Shown piece by piece: positions 1 to 12,300 of a stretch of 50,701 nt of DNA. How positions within the stretch are numbered: position 1 is the stretch's first letter; every line of letters begins with the position of its first letter. The DNA is from Nemertoderma westbladi (Eukaryota > Animalia > Xenacoelomorpha). The notes beneath the pieces were generated by a model, which was given only the letters and a program-made list of their open reading frames with translations, was not told the origin of the DNA and searched no databases. The DNA lies in the NCBI GenBank assembly GCA_032718475.1, contig JAUCBJ010000537.1, forward strand, positions 1 to 50,701, in the 5' to 3' direction. The translations under genes and the position numbers were made by a program.

Positions 1-898
1 CCGGATCGCCCAACACGATGTCATCCTTATTTGGCGCAGACATTTCGATGTGTTTGGTAAACGAGTCGACGAGGAGCGAACGAGAAACTATTGGATTCGG
101 AGAAGAAAGAAACTTAACTCATCAGAAGGGTTCCCGGCATCGGAACCAAATGTAAAGCCAGAGTTGTGGCTGGCTTTCGATTATATTGTTAGAAATTGAA
201 AGATCGTTATATGTGGAATACAAAATGTCAGTTTATTGTTACGTTACATTTAATATGTTACATTTTAATGGTTTCGAAATTCCCTGGCAGTTATTATTGA
301 AAGTACATAAATATGGATGATAAATGAATACTAATATACTACAAAGGGTAAGCGCAGGGCAATACACTAATCATAACGGAATACTGATTGGTATTAATAA
401 AGTCACAGGAAATCTGAGTATCAATCAGCTGATTAAATATGGTGATAACGAGAGGTTTCCCTACAGTAAATCTATTACATTACCAATTTACAACAAACCA
501 ATCAGTGACTCGGCTCCCAGCTGAGAACTCCTAATTGTAATATTTGGATTTCAGTGGAGGCAATATCGCCAGCTGATATGTGTTACAACATGTATAATAT
601 GCAGGGCTGGATTAAGGCCTAGGTTAGCTAGGCTGCTATAGCCTAGGGGCCCCCGACTTTTTGGGGCCCCAATTCCAATAACATGTAAAGGAGGATTAAA
701 AATAAGAAATCAATAAATAATGTAAAATTTAAACTATGGAAACCATTCTTTGACTTGAAAACATTGCATTTTATCGGTTTACATGTAATATGTAATGTTT
801 GAACTCGGAACAGTAGAGCAGTTAAACTCTATAGGGGCTGTTGCGCTCTCAGTCCAAAGTCAGAAAAGAAACAGCCCATGAGGTTAGGATTTCCCTTT

Positions 899-1400
899 GA
901 TACCAACTGTCCCCAGATAGTCTGATACCAACTGTCCCCAGATAGTCTGATATACCAACTGTCCCCAGAAAGACTGATACCAACTGTCCCCAGATAGTCT
1001 GATACCAACTGTCCCCATATAGTCTGATACCAACTGTCCCCAGAAAGACTGATACCACCTGTCCCCAGATAGACTGATACCAACTGTCCCCAGATAGACT
1101 GATACCAACTGTCCCCAGATAGACTGATACCAACTGTCCCCAGATAGTCTGATACCAACTGTCCTCAGATAGTCTGATACCAACTGTCCCCAGAAAGACT
1201 GATACCAACTGTCCCCAGATAGTCTGATACCAACTGTCCCCAGATAGTCTGATACCAACTGTCCCCAGAAAGACTGATACCAACTGTCCTCAGATAGACT
1301 GATACCAACTGTCCCCAGGTAGTCTGATACCATAACTGTCCCCAGATAGACTGATACCAACAGTCCCCAGATAGTCTGATACCAACTGTCCCCAAATAGT
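899..1400 (+). repeat. 25-bp minisatellite, about 20 copies (GATACCAACTGTCCCCAGATAGTCT)
   Basis: 25-bp period seen directly, with AGTCT/AGACT and GATA/GAAA variants. It explains the repetitive minus-strand ORFs at 829-1395. Confidence 0.95.
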
Positions 1401-1477
1401 CAGACTGTCAGACAGCATATTTCTAGGATGGCTAAAACGTCTGATCAGATCTGATGGTATCGGACCTTGTTCCACCT

Positions 1478-1640
1478 TGGTTCAGGGATTAGATTGAATT
1501 CATATCTCTAGGAGGTTGTGGGTTCAACCCCCGCATGGGGACCAAGTCAGTTTTCGTTTCGGCACGAATGCTTTGAAAGGTTTAGCCAGGCATCTCTGCA
1601 TTGTATCCTTAAATGGTAGCTAAATGAGTACTGGAGCTTC
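1478..1640 (+). mobile_element. Degraded tRNA-derived SINE
   Basis: B-box-like GGTTCAACCCC near 1522, followed by TAAATGAGTACTGG near 1621, a motif shared with the SINEs at 3729 and 8172. Confidence 0.4.
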
Positions 1641-1888
1641 TGCCCATATCAGCATGTGAAGTTTCCCGGCATTCCCTTTCCAAGCGAAAAAAAACACATC
1701 ATAGATAGATAGATAGATTTATTTATATATTATATGGGGGGGGGGGGGGTGGAGGGTGGTCTGTTGATCAGTCGGTCGGATTCTGAGTGAGAAGGTGGGT
1801 GGTAATGGTAATGTGGGTGGATGGGCATCGATGGTTGTTTACTGTTTTGATTAGAAAAGACAGCCTCGGTAACATGACCAACACCCCC

Positions 1889-1924
<36 letters not shown>

Positions 1925-2749
1925 ACCTCCAGTACGAGGGCTCCTTATTTGTCATTAGCCTAGGGGCCCCCAAAACCTTAATCCAGCCCTGTGTATATGA
2001 ATAGCTGCGTAGTAATGATAGCCCAATTATATTATAGGCCATGCCCATGTATGGATGGCATTGTTGCCCAGCTAATTAGACAAATATAATGTTCGAGAAT
2101 TATGTGTGTACCGGGACCGATTTATTAAAACCGCCTCACCGCGCCGATGCAAAACAATCCAAATTTCTAACGCCCATATATCTCTCAGCTACATATTTGG
2201 AATCTTATAACATTGAATCATAAATTGGAATCTCATAACAAGTCACCCAGTAAGGATGAGTGAGGTGAAACTATCTAGCTCACTAGCTGCGTCAAATTTC
2301 ATTCAATTTACGAATTACGATTAATAATACTTTTTTTAAGATCAATGGGAACCAAGGCAACTCGGGAAACAGTGGAAGGGTTTACTGTGAAATATCAGTA
2401 GATCACCCATGGTGGTGAACAGGCATTCCTTGGTTTAACGAGCATAAAAGATTCTCCCATTCATTTAAGATCAATCGTTTTTTTATGACGAAATGAAAAT
2501 CAGCTTGTGTGAATACAATTTTACGAAAAATGACTCATTGGCGTATCCAGAGGGGAGGCAAATGGGGGCATCCCCCCCCCCCCCCCCCCACCCTCCCAGT
2601 GGGGCAAACACCTCCTTAGGATATGCTAATGCTGCTATATTTATGTAGTTGTGTATGATACCGTTTCAGTTTTCCTGAGCTGACGGTAGTTCCCTTGTAT
2701 AATTTTGTTTACATCATATCCCGGAATTATTGTTTCGTCAAATGAAAGA

Positions 2750-3206
2750 AATGAAAGAGCTGACCTCGCGTCTGTGAATGAAAGAGCTGACCTCGCGTCT
2801 GTGAATGAAAGAGCTGACCTCGCGTCTGTGAATGAAAGAGCTGACCTCGCGTCTGTGAATGAAAGAGCTGACCTCGCGTCTGTGAATGAAAGAGCTGACC
2901 TCGCGTCTGTGAATGAAAGAGCTGACCTCGCGTCTGTGAATGAAAGAGCTGACCTCGCGTCTGTGAATGAAAGAGCTGACCTCGCGTCTGTGAATGAAAG
3001 AGCTGACCTCACGTCTGTGAATGAAAGAGCTGACCTCGCGTCTGTGAATGAAAGAGCTGACCTCGCGTCTGTGAATGAAAGAGCTGACCTCGCGTCTGTG
3101 AATGAAAGAGCTGACCTCGCGTCTGTGAATGAAAGAGCTGACCTCGCGTCTGTGAATGAAAGAGCTGACCTCGCGTCTGTGAATGAAGGAGCTGACCTCG
3201 CGTCTG
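2750..3206 (+). repeat. 27-bp minisatellite, 17 nearly identical copies (AATGAAAGAGCTGACCTCGCGTCTGTG)
   Basis: Exact 27-bp period with only two internal substitutions seen (about 3011 and 3189). The unit is a multiple of 3, giving NERADLASV / RREVSSFIH / DARSALSFT repeat ORFs. Confidence 0.97.
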
Positions 3207-3425
3207 ACAAAATTGTTATTTTTGCTTCCAATAAAAGCATTACAAATGTGTCTCCATCGATATATCAGCAATTACTGTACTACTACTAGTAGTTCCAGCA
3301 AGGTGGTAGTGTGTCAAAGCTCGGCGTTTGCCATGCTTGATGTTTAATGCTGATGCCCTTAGTAATCTTGTGTAACGGCCCATGTGAAGAATACCAGACT
3401 TTCTGCCGTTATATTTCACTTTGCA

Positions 3426-3663
3426 GTTACCCCCATGTGAAGAATACCAGGTTTTCACCAAAAACACAGGTTACAGAAGGGCTGAATTTAACCAAAACAA
3501 TAAACGAATTAGTATATGTACAGGTTATAAGACAGAAATAAGCGTTATAAAACACTTAATAAAGATAAATTAAAAATAAATAAATAATCTTCATATATAA
3601 AATTCCAATAAAAAGTGGACCGAAAAGTGAGAAATCCTGGTATTCTTCACATGGGCGTGTAAC
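3426..3663. mobile_element. MITE-like element with CCATGTGAAGAATACCAGG inverted repeats
   Basis: GTTACCCCCATGTGAAGAATACCAGG at 3426 is mirrored by CCTGGTATTCTTCACATGGGCGTGTAAC ending at 3663. Further copies of the motif lie at 3378 (+) and near 4515 (-). Confidence 0.6.
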
Positions 3664-3728
3664 TAAACCGTAGCTACTTAGAAATAAACGTAATGTTCCA
3701 AAATATGGTGTTTATTAAATAGAAAAAA

Positions 3729-3910
3729 GGCGGGGTAGCTGAGTTGGTTGAGCGCCGGGCCTCCGCAATCTAATGGTTGTAGGTTCGAACCCTGGCAGTG
3801 TCCACTCAACACTTCATCCCCTGGGGTCGATAAAATTGAGACCAGTTGACACCAGTTAGTGGGAGCAAGATTAGGGATAGGAGTAGCGCCCACCCTTACC
3901 CTCGGCTCAC
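3729..3910 (+). mobile_element. tRNA-derived SINE with a Deu/Nin-domain-like central region
   Basis: Pol III A box TAGCTGAGTTGG and B box GGTTCGAACCC, then ACTCAACACTTCATCCCCTGGGGTCGATAAAATTGAGACCAG, which resembles the Nin/Deu SINE core as I recall it. The 3' boundary is approximate. Confidence 0.7.
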
Positions 3911-4043
3911 GTTTAATATGCTTGCTTCCAAATAGAAAGAAAACTTTGTCTCAGCTATTCGCGTCTATCTGAAACTATAATTATGGTATCATCAGATTGT
4001 TGAATGCCCCACTTAGCATTGTGGAGGGCCGAGGGGAGCGAGG

Positions 4044-4258
4044 GGCCATGAGGAAGTAAATTGCGAAAATTAGTATTTACAGGTCTACACATCGCGTTAT
4101 CCTAATGATATTCATTAATTCATTGGGAATCACATCGCCGGTAGAGTCGAGTCGAGCGATGTGATTCCCAATGAATTAATGAATAGGCCTATCATTAGGA
4201 TAAACGCGATGTGCAGACCTGGAAATACTAATTTTTCGCAATTTACTTCCTCATGGCC
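4044..4258. repeat. Foldback palindrome (about 95-bp arms, short loop), probable non-autonomous transposon
   Basis: GGCCATGAGGAAGTAAATTGCGAAAA...GGGAATCACATCGC is the near-perfect reverse complement of GCGATGTGATTCCC...TTTTCGCAATTTACTTCCTCATGGCC. The right arm has a small extra insertion around AGGCCT. Confidence 0.85.
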
Positions 4259-6944
4259 TGGCCTCCCATCTGTCAATACCATAATCTACTGCCACAAATA
4301 TCATACTTCTTCCGTTGACCGAATAGGTGATTTCCTATATTTTTTATTACCGGTAGGTATTATTTATTATTATTTAATTTATTATTTTTTTTTTTAATTA
4401 CCAGGTACCGGTACCGGTATTAAATACCGTTATGTATAAACTGATAAATTCTTCATACCTACCTGGTATATAAAATTTCAATAAAATTTCAACCGGAAAG
4501 TGAAGACCTGGTTGGTATTCTTCACATTGGCTACAATACGTAGCCAGGTAGCGTACCATTGTAACAAACAAACTTACCTGTTCAGCCGTTTAGCATAGCA
4601 TACCTACAGGGACAGGCAGGCAGTTGAGCGATAGTAAAGATAACAACATTCCAAACAACGCTGCAAAAGCTGAAATCGTTCTCCAGAATGCCAGAAGCCG
4701 TAAATGAATAAAAAAAACATACAGGTCAGGCCTACTGAAGTAGGCCTACGGTACTGTACAGTTAAAAAAAAATACTAAAATTAATACCGGTAGTTAATAC
4801 TAAAATAATTATTATTGCTGGGTGGCGCAGTTTATAAGGAATGGTAAATGCACAGCGAAATTATAGCAATTGCAAAAGAAAATGTACTAAAGGAGCAAGA
4901 GATGGAACTTATGGCGTAGGGCATGGGGCGGCTTACTTATATAAAGTATGTCTGCTATAGAAGAGCATTAAATATTTGTCTTTGTCTGGCCAATGTGAAT
5001 GAGTGAACGATATCACCAGGGGCAACGGATAAAAGCCGCCATCCTTGGCTCACTGGCGAGGATGACGTGACGCATAATTTACTAACAGTAAGCTGTCTAG
5101 GCACTCAATTCTCCTTCAATGTAGGGAGGGAGACGGCGGAATATTCCTAACGGAACATACTGCGGCTTGCCAGCTCACATACACTCACGGGTTTATGGTA
5201 GTACCATTTCCAATCAGGGATCGTCATGTGAAGGAAATGAGAACGTATTGCCTAACCATGACATGTTTGCGCTGTACGCTGCGTATTCGATGTTATGTGT
5301 ATACCAGTAGCCATTATCCAATTCAATGTTTAATGTTAAGCCGTATCCCCGTATCCGTTCTGGCATAAACTATTGCTGTAATTTATAATAATTGCGTCTC
5401 TCCAAAAAGGTAAAACATCATAGTGATAGAACGGTTAATGTGACAATATTGTCTGCAATAGATCAGACAGTACTGTACAACATTGCATGCAATGTGCCAA
5501 ATCCATATACAGTGAAGAGGTTTTCCCTAGACAGAGCCAGTGCGCCAACCTAATTAAGTAAGCCCAGCATATATCGTATTACCGTTTGAAGGTAACCAAT
5601 GCACCTCAGCATAACGCAACGGCTGCACTATCTGCAGAGATCTGCTCATTAACGACCCAACCAGACAGGGCGTTTCCTTATCCACAACACAACACCGGCT
5701 AGACAAAGGCGAAAGGTTATTTCGCATTAACTTTAATGGAATGCAAATGTTACAACCAGACAGACATGACACATGAAATTAATACCAACGCCTAGCTTTA
5801 TTCGATGACAACTAAAGTGAATCCATAGCAATGTTTTTTTTTTATAAATATTATCAATGTTATTCCTCTAAAATATTGAGGAAAAATACAATAATTAATA
5901 TTAAAATTCATGACATACACAGCAGATACAGAATGTATGGCATACAGCTTACCATTTTAATTGAATCTCAAATCCTACTACATCCACAACACATAGAGTA
6001 TACATAAGTAGAAGACAATACAACATATAGTTATGTTAGATCAAAAAACATATTCGAAATTCCATCAAAGGAATACCACCGGCACCGCAGCACCAGGATA
6101 AATATTGTGTGGTTCCTGTGTACTGTAGTGGCCATATGTATTAGGGGTCATCGAACCTTGAATTGAACTCCATCTTACCTATGCCAGTACCAAACATTAT
6201 TTATGTCTTTGTTTATTAATTTCTGAGAACTTCCATGGTTCTAGAATTATATATAATACGATAATTAAATATTGTATAATTTTATTTATTTGTAAAGAAT
6301 TAATTTCGCACTACCATAACATTAACATAGTGATGCTTTCCTGATAACAAGGATGTTCTAGAAAGTTTAAGTGCATAATTACAAATGATTCCATAAAAAT
6401 GAATAAAATTTGATTCGCCATTGTTCATAATTAGCACTCGTGCCGTAACGCTATAAAGTGCTATTTATAAACAATAGCTAATAATAGATCACACTATGTA
6501 GTGCAGTATGAGTGGGGTACCTTGAATTTACAAATAGTTTTTATTCAAAAATATTTGTTTTTTACAATTTAGACACCATGGAACGTAATACACAATATCC
6601 TGGTTTAATGTAAATTTTCGCATATTGCTGCGCGAATCACCCCAGATGAATGATATTTATTGTATCGAAAGTACAACTTGCTTGGTCAGCCATACCAAAC
6701 ATCGAGGACTGCCCTACAAGGAAAATATACACTGACAAGACGCTACCTATAGAAACAGGGGACTTCACACCTGCAAAACTTACCAGAAGTAATTGTCGCT
6801 GGCATTGGATTGTTATATTGTGACACATAATCTCACGTTAGTACTCTCACCAGGTGGTAAAACTGATTCTTCTCAATCCTGGTTGGCGTACATAATCTAT
6901 GGAATTTTTGGTCTAATTTTTGTTGGTATATGTAATTTTACTGG

Positions 6945-7807
6945 ATTACGCAATGAGGACGGCCACAAAGGGTGAAGATCTGGGATTCACACGATAAGAA
7001 CGCATATATAAGTAGCAGATATCAGGCAACTACAGTCACAGACACCGACTTTGCGGATGACATCGCCCTGCTCTCTAATACGCTAGCAGATACACAGCTT
7101 CTACTGAATAAAGTGAAGAAGGCTGCTAAGGTGATTGGATTGCATATTAATGCTACCAAGTCAGAATTCATGACTTTTACTGTTAATGGAAACTTGACCA
7201 CAATTATACCAAAAAACTAAGGAAGGTTGACGACTTCCAGTATCTTGACACTTTTATAGAGAGCAGCAAAAAAGACATTATTATTAGCCGTTAGAAAAGC
7301 TGGGGCATGGGTAGCTCTATCAAAAAAGGATACCATCTATAAATCAGACGACTTCTCCAGGCAATACCAAGTTCTTTCGAGCCACAGTGAAAAGTGTACT
7401 TTTAGACGGGGGTGAAACATGGACTCTGACGAAATCACTTGAACAACGAATTGATGGTTGCTACACAAGACTATTTAGGACAGCCCTAAACATCAGCTGG
7501 AGACAACACATGACAAACGCCGAGCTCTATGGTACAATACCACCTGTATCAACCACCCTCCGTGAACGCAGATTAAGATTCAGTGGGCACTGCTGGAGAA
7601 GTAAAGACGAGGTCATACCAGATGTACTTTTCTGGCAACCAACTCATGGAAAGCGTAGTCGTGGACGACCGGCCATAACATATATAGATCAACTTGGAAG
7701 GGATACTGAACTTGGGAGAAACGAAATTGCGACAACCATGGAGAATCGGGAAGCCTGGAAGGATCTCATATCTACTGTTCAAGCTCGCACGACCTAGTAG
7801 TAGTAGT
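6945..7807 (+). mobile_element. 5'-truncated, decayed RTE-clade LINE (RT C-terminal half)
   Basis: DTDFADDIALL, GLHINATKSEFM, VDDFQYL, VLL.GGETWTLT, RRLRFSGHCWR, GKRSRGRP motifs spread across frameshifted ORFs 6972-7220 and 7387-7797. Ends in a (TAG)n tail. Related to, but distinct from, the family at 26443. Confidence 0.9.
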
Positions 7808-8171
7808 CCCTCTATGGATGGAGTGGAATGCTTTCTTAAAATCCAGAAATGTCAGGACTGCGGGGAGATTCTTTGACTTTCTATTTGTTTGAAATCGAAA
7901 TCCATTACATTGGTTACTATGGTCTTTTTCCAGATAAGAAGAAGGGTCTATCTATGCAATCAAAATTCCCTCCCCAGGTGAAAATTGACACAAATAACAG
8001 CTGATTACTCGCAAAAATAAAATTGCAAGTCCCCCCCCCCCCCCCCCCCCCCCCCCGATTATATCGGATATAGTGGTTAAATAAAGTTCTTAAAATGATA
8101 AACTCTATGTGCTGTACATGGGTTCCACTTTGATGTATTCATTTAAACCGTTTCCTTTATATCTTGCTCCA

Positions 8172-8290
8172 GCGGTCCATGTTCGAGCCCTGCAAGAGGG
8201 CCACGGAAGTATTCATTTCGGAAATAATTCTTTAATTTTCTCATCTTTGTCTTGAATTTATAAATGAGTACCAGTTTCCTCTGGGAAGTA
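8172..8290 (+). mobile_element. Degraded SINE fragment
   Basis: B-box-like GTTCGAGCCC near 8181 and TAAATGAGTACCAGTTTCCTCTGGG near 8261. Confidence 0.4.
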
Positions 8291-8546
8291 TAATTATAGG
8301 GGGAATGTCCTGGAAATAAGTCGTCAGACTTTGTGCGTAATAACTCGCCAAATGGCAGAAAAATACCTAAATTTAAGTACCGTATTTACTATGTACCGTA
8401 TAAACGCCCCCCCCTTCCATCAAATTATCAACTTAAACGCCTACGCCGAATAAACGAATAATATTACAATGTGGGGAGAGCCACGATTATTGAGCAATGC
8501 CTTTAGCACACAATTATCATTAATATAATTAGGGCCAAATGTAATT

Positions 8547-8737
8547 GTCCGTCTGACTCCGCCCGTCCGTCTGTCTGTCCGTCCGTCCGTCCGTCTGTCA
8601 GCTGGCACGTCTATCAGTCATCTGTTCATCCGTCTGTCAGTCCATCCGCCCATGTGTCCGTCCGTCTGTCAGTCCGTCCGTCTGTCAGTCCGTCTTTCTG
8701 TTCGCCTCTCCTCCGTCTGTCCGTCTGTCTGTCCGTC
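8547..8737 (+). repeat. Imperfect (GTCC/GTCT)n microsatellite
   Basis: Tetranucleotide runs seen directly. Confidence 0.85.
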
Positions 8738-9099
8738 CTTAATTAAAAATTCAATTGATAATAACTATTAAAGCAAAGTAAACTAGTAAAGTAAATCTTG
8801 AATAACCGGATGTGATCATAATCCAAGATAATGTTGATGAAGAAAACCTTGAGGAGACAACTTTAAATGGAAGGGAGAACGATTTCTCGGATGTAGATTC
8901 GGTGTGTGAATCTGATGAATGGCCATTTATGGGTTTCGACTGATTGTTAAGAATGACATTGTTTTGAGAGTTACTGGTAACTGATTGTTAAGAAGACGGA
9001 ATGTAAATGTAGTAGGATGTTATACCACTGTAATAGGCTACATTGTAATAAAGAAAATCCTGTTTTTATTTGAATTATTTCATTTGTTTAACTTGTTTT

Positions 9100-9324
9100 G
9101 GGTGTAAAGGCTACGCCGACAACCGACAGCCGACAACCACTGCCGACAACAGTAAATATAAAAATGTAACCTGAGTTCGTGACTCTCTTTTATTGTTTTG
9201 GTTAGAATAACCTTCCACTGTAACCTGTTCCTTTCCTTCAATTAATAAATAACATTAATTAGCATTAATAATGGTTGTCGGCGTTGGTTGTCGGTAGTCG
9301 GTTATCGGCGTCGCGTTTACACCC
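9100..9324. mobile_element. MULE/Mutator-type MITE nested in the pogo-like element
   Basis: TIRs GGGTGTAAA...CGCCGACAACCGAC / GTCGGTTATCGGCG...TTTACACCC (about 50 bp, imperfect). Perfect 9-bp TSD ACTTGTTTT at 9091-9099 and 9325-9333. A 9-bp TSD with GGG termini fits Mutator. Confidence 0.85.
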
Positions 9325-12300
9325 ACTTGTTTTCTTGAATTTAACAACATTATTTATTAGGGTAGTTAGATTCAAAATGCTGAAAATCTAGAACATAAAC
9401 ATAAACGCCCCCCCTCGAACCACATAATTTGGAACTTAAACGCCTTCAACTAATAAACGCCTTCCTCGAATAAACGCCTCCCCTCGAATAAACGCCTACC
9501 ACGAATAAACGCCCCCCCCTCGAATAAACGCCTCCCCAATTGGCAATTTAAAACGCCCAGGCTCATCTTATTCGAGTAAATACAGTATATTTTGAAAGTC
9601 TGGTTCTCAAATCTAACATCCAAATAGTATAAATCCGAAGATTTACTTCTATAGGAAAGGAAATATTACACATTACCTGAACAGACAACGACCTTTTAGT
9701 ACGTCTAGACAGATAATATTTTATACAACTGATTTACCACACCTATCATATCAGTCTTGTCTAGACTAAAAACAATAAAAATGTAAACTCTGTGGCTAAC
9801 CATAACCGCCTCCACTCGTCAGACATGTTTGATACACCATAGTCAATTGAATTGAATGAATCATGTATTTTGTGAAGGGATGTAAATACCATTTTTATTT
9901 TGGAGGGTAGATAGAGTCAGTCAGTTAGTCTACAAACAAGTATAAATAAAAAAACCCGGACCCAGATATTGTTGCTCATAACTGAGCCCCAAAAGTTGAA
10001 AATTTTTAGGTCCGTGAGGCGAGTTTCGTTTGTTGAAAAAGTTGGCTTTCCGGCAATTTTCACCCCCTTACTTAGGAGAAAAATTTCAAAAAAAATTCAA
10101 AATTTTTAATTTTTACCTAATATTAAGCCTAATTACCTAATTTACCTAATGCTCTTTAATGCAAAGGATATTAGATGGATGGTCTTCAAGTGCTCAAAAT
10201 TTCGTCATTTGTGCACAATGGGGTCATGAAACGACTGTATTTTCAGAATTTAGATAAATGCTCAGGTTCAGAAATTATTATAAAAACAATTTTTTTTGCC
10301 ACAGTTTTGACATATTTTGCCTTTTATTACCTAAATTTGACACTTATTGACTTATATTTCAGCAACCACACACAACATGAAACAATCAAAACAAAGAGGA
10401 GTTAAGCATCACCCAATCATCATTCATGAAAATGTCACGCCAATTCGTTCATTTTTGGAATAGCCTTTGTAATTTGAAATTTATATATTGTATTCGCCAG
10501 AAAATCCATTATTTAAAGTTTATGGTTAGGCTAATTTAATTAATTGAAATGCACATAACCCGGCTGAAAATGTTGTTGCAAAGATTCTCCGGGTCGGTTA
10601 TTTAATTTCTGAAATAAGTTTTCTCATTTGACGGCGTCATGTCTGTCTGAATTGCTGTCAGTCTGTCCGTCAAAATATAACCGACAGCTGAACAGACAAA
10701 CAGCCAATGTGGATGACGTCATACATGAAAACCCCTATAACAAATTTTTTAGCTAGTTTGTGTGCTTTCCAATTACTTTGACAGACAGATCGCTGGAGAG
10801 TCAGAAAAAAGCGACACACGGACGAACACTTTTAGCTTGGTAGTATGATTATTTTGAAAGTTTAAGTTAAATTTTTAATAAATTATATTTTTTTATATAT
10901 TTCCTTATATTTTGAAAGACAGATCGTCTTGCGGACAGACATACAGACATAATAGTTTTCGTTAAAAGTGAACACTGACTTTTTGGAATGAAATCAGCGA
11001 CCAGAAAAACCATCATTACAAATCGTGTAGCTATGATGAATGCTTTTGTTAAATTTTGACAAACAAACCGTCAGAAACACAATCCCAGGCAGACAGACAT
11101 TTTTCACAGACACTTAAACATAGAAAGGATAACATTATCACTCATAAAGTTTGAACTACATTAGCTATTAACAAACGGTTTGAAGTTTGAAACCCTGATA
11201 TAAATGTACACAAGGGGTGGGGGGGGGGGGGGGGGTAAAACTGAAAAATAGACTCCCCCCACCCCATAAGGGGTTGTTTAAGCATCTTAATCCCTCCTTT
11301 TGTTGTAGGGGTTTGGAATTGTTTATTTCCATTTTGCGTTTGCTAACTAGGAAATGTACGTTACTTTTCCTCATTTAGATAATGAAAATTTTCGCATAGT
11401 GTATTTTACGGTTGACGAATTACAATTTTTAGGGGGATTTGCATATCAACAATTTACATAGAGTGATTTTATTACCTTTGATAATACTTTTAATACTTAT
11501 GATTTCCGGCGGGGGTGAAATATACGTGTTTATTTATTCTGCATTTATATTTCATTTTTAATATCAAAATTATACCAGAGAAATCTTCTCTTTAGTAAAT
11601 AGTTTTTATTACTGTGTAAAGGTATTTTGAATTTCTTGACGATGTTCACTATTTTATCTTCTCTTTACAGCACAAGTTACATATTGTGCAACCAGCATCG
11701 CGCAATGCGTGTTTATGAGAGTACCAAATACGTCTATCATCGTTTTCGTGGATATGTAAACTGTTGGACGATGTTATTCCATCCATTCGATCCATCCAGA
11801 TCATAAACATTATCAAATCCTTTATAAATCCATCTACCAACACCAACATCGCGTTCATCCACTCCATATACCTCCGACATCCCCCGTCCACACACTCAAT
11901 CTACCTCTGACATCCCCCGTCCACCAACTCCATCTACTTCTGACATACCCTGTCCACCCATTCCATCTAACTCTGACATCCCCTGTCCCCCAACTCCGTC
12001 TACCTCTGACATCCCATATCCACCAACTCCATCTACCTCTGACATACCCTGTCCCCCAACTCCGTCTACCTCTGACATACGTGTCCACCCACTCAATCTA
12101 CCTCTGACATTCCCCCGTCCACCAACTCGATCTACCTCTGACATCACCGCTCCAACCACTCAATCTACCTCTGACATCCCCCGTCCACCAATTCCGTCTA
12201 CCTCTGACATACCCTGTCCACCCACTCAATCTACCTCTGACATTCCCCCGTCCACCAACTCGATCTACCTCTGACATCACCGCTCCAACCACTCAATCTA

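Larger units (their letters stand above)
602..1991. mobile_element. Non-autonomous TIR DNA transposon (hAT-like MITE ends) enclosing a minisatellite and a SINE relic
   Basis: 16-bp perfect terminal inverted repeats CAGGGCTGGATTAAGG (602) / CCTTAATCCAGCCCTG (ends 1991), and GCCTAGGGGCCCCC near both ends. CAG.. termini are typical of hAT. The flanks (ATAATATG vs TGTATATG) match only partly as an 8-bp TSD. Confidence 0.6.
8380..9585 (+). mobile_element. Non-autonomous Tc1/mariner-pogo-like DNA transposon
   Basis: TA|CCGTATTTACT ... AGTAAATACAG|TA inverted termini with TA on both flanks. Subterminal ~19-bp repeats CGAATAAACGCCYCCCCT at 9395-9540. An acidic remnant at 8806-8943 (..ESDEWPFMGFD*) resembles pogo-type transposase C-termini. 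Confidence 0.7.

Noticed and set aside
1-43. Possible minus-strand first coding exon (MSAPNKDDIVLGDP..)
   Set aside because: Only 14 codons at the window edge, so it cannot be supported.
899-3206. 25-bp and 27-bp repeats as CRISPR arrays
   Set aside because: The units are head-to-tail with no unique spacers, there are no cas genes, and the context is eukaryotic.
3729-3805. tRNA gene
   Set aside because: A and B boxes are present, but there is no good acceptor stem or T-run terminator, and the sequence continues into a SINE body.
4572-4720. Possible minus-strand exon with hydrophobic peptide and CAG|GTAAGT donor
   Set aside because: No consistent start, acceptor or recognisable homology.
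6640-6725. CR1-like LINE relic (NDIYCIE..GLPYKE)
   Set aside because: Too short and degenerate to call.
9950-11460. Probable DNA-transposon debris (also about 2100-2230, 2538-2600 and 48876-49160)
   Set aside because: It has a MITE-like look, but I could not establish paired termini or TSDs.
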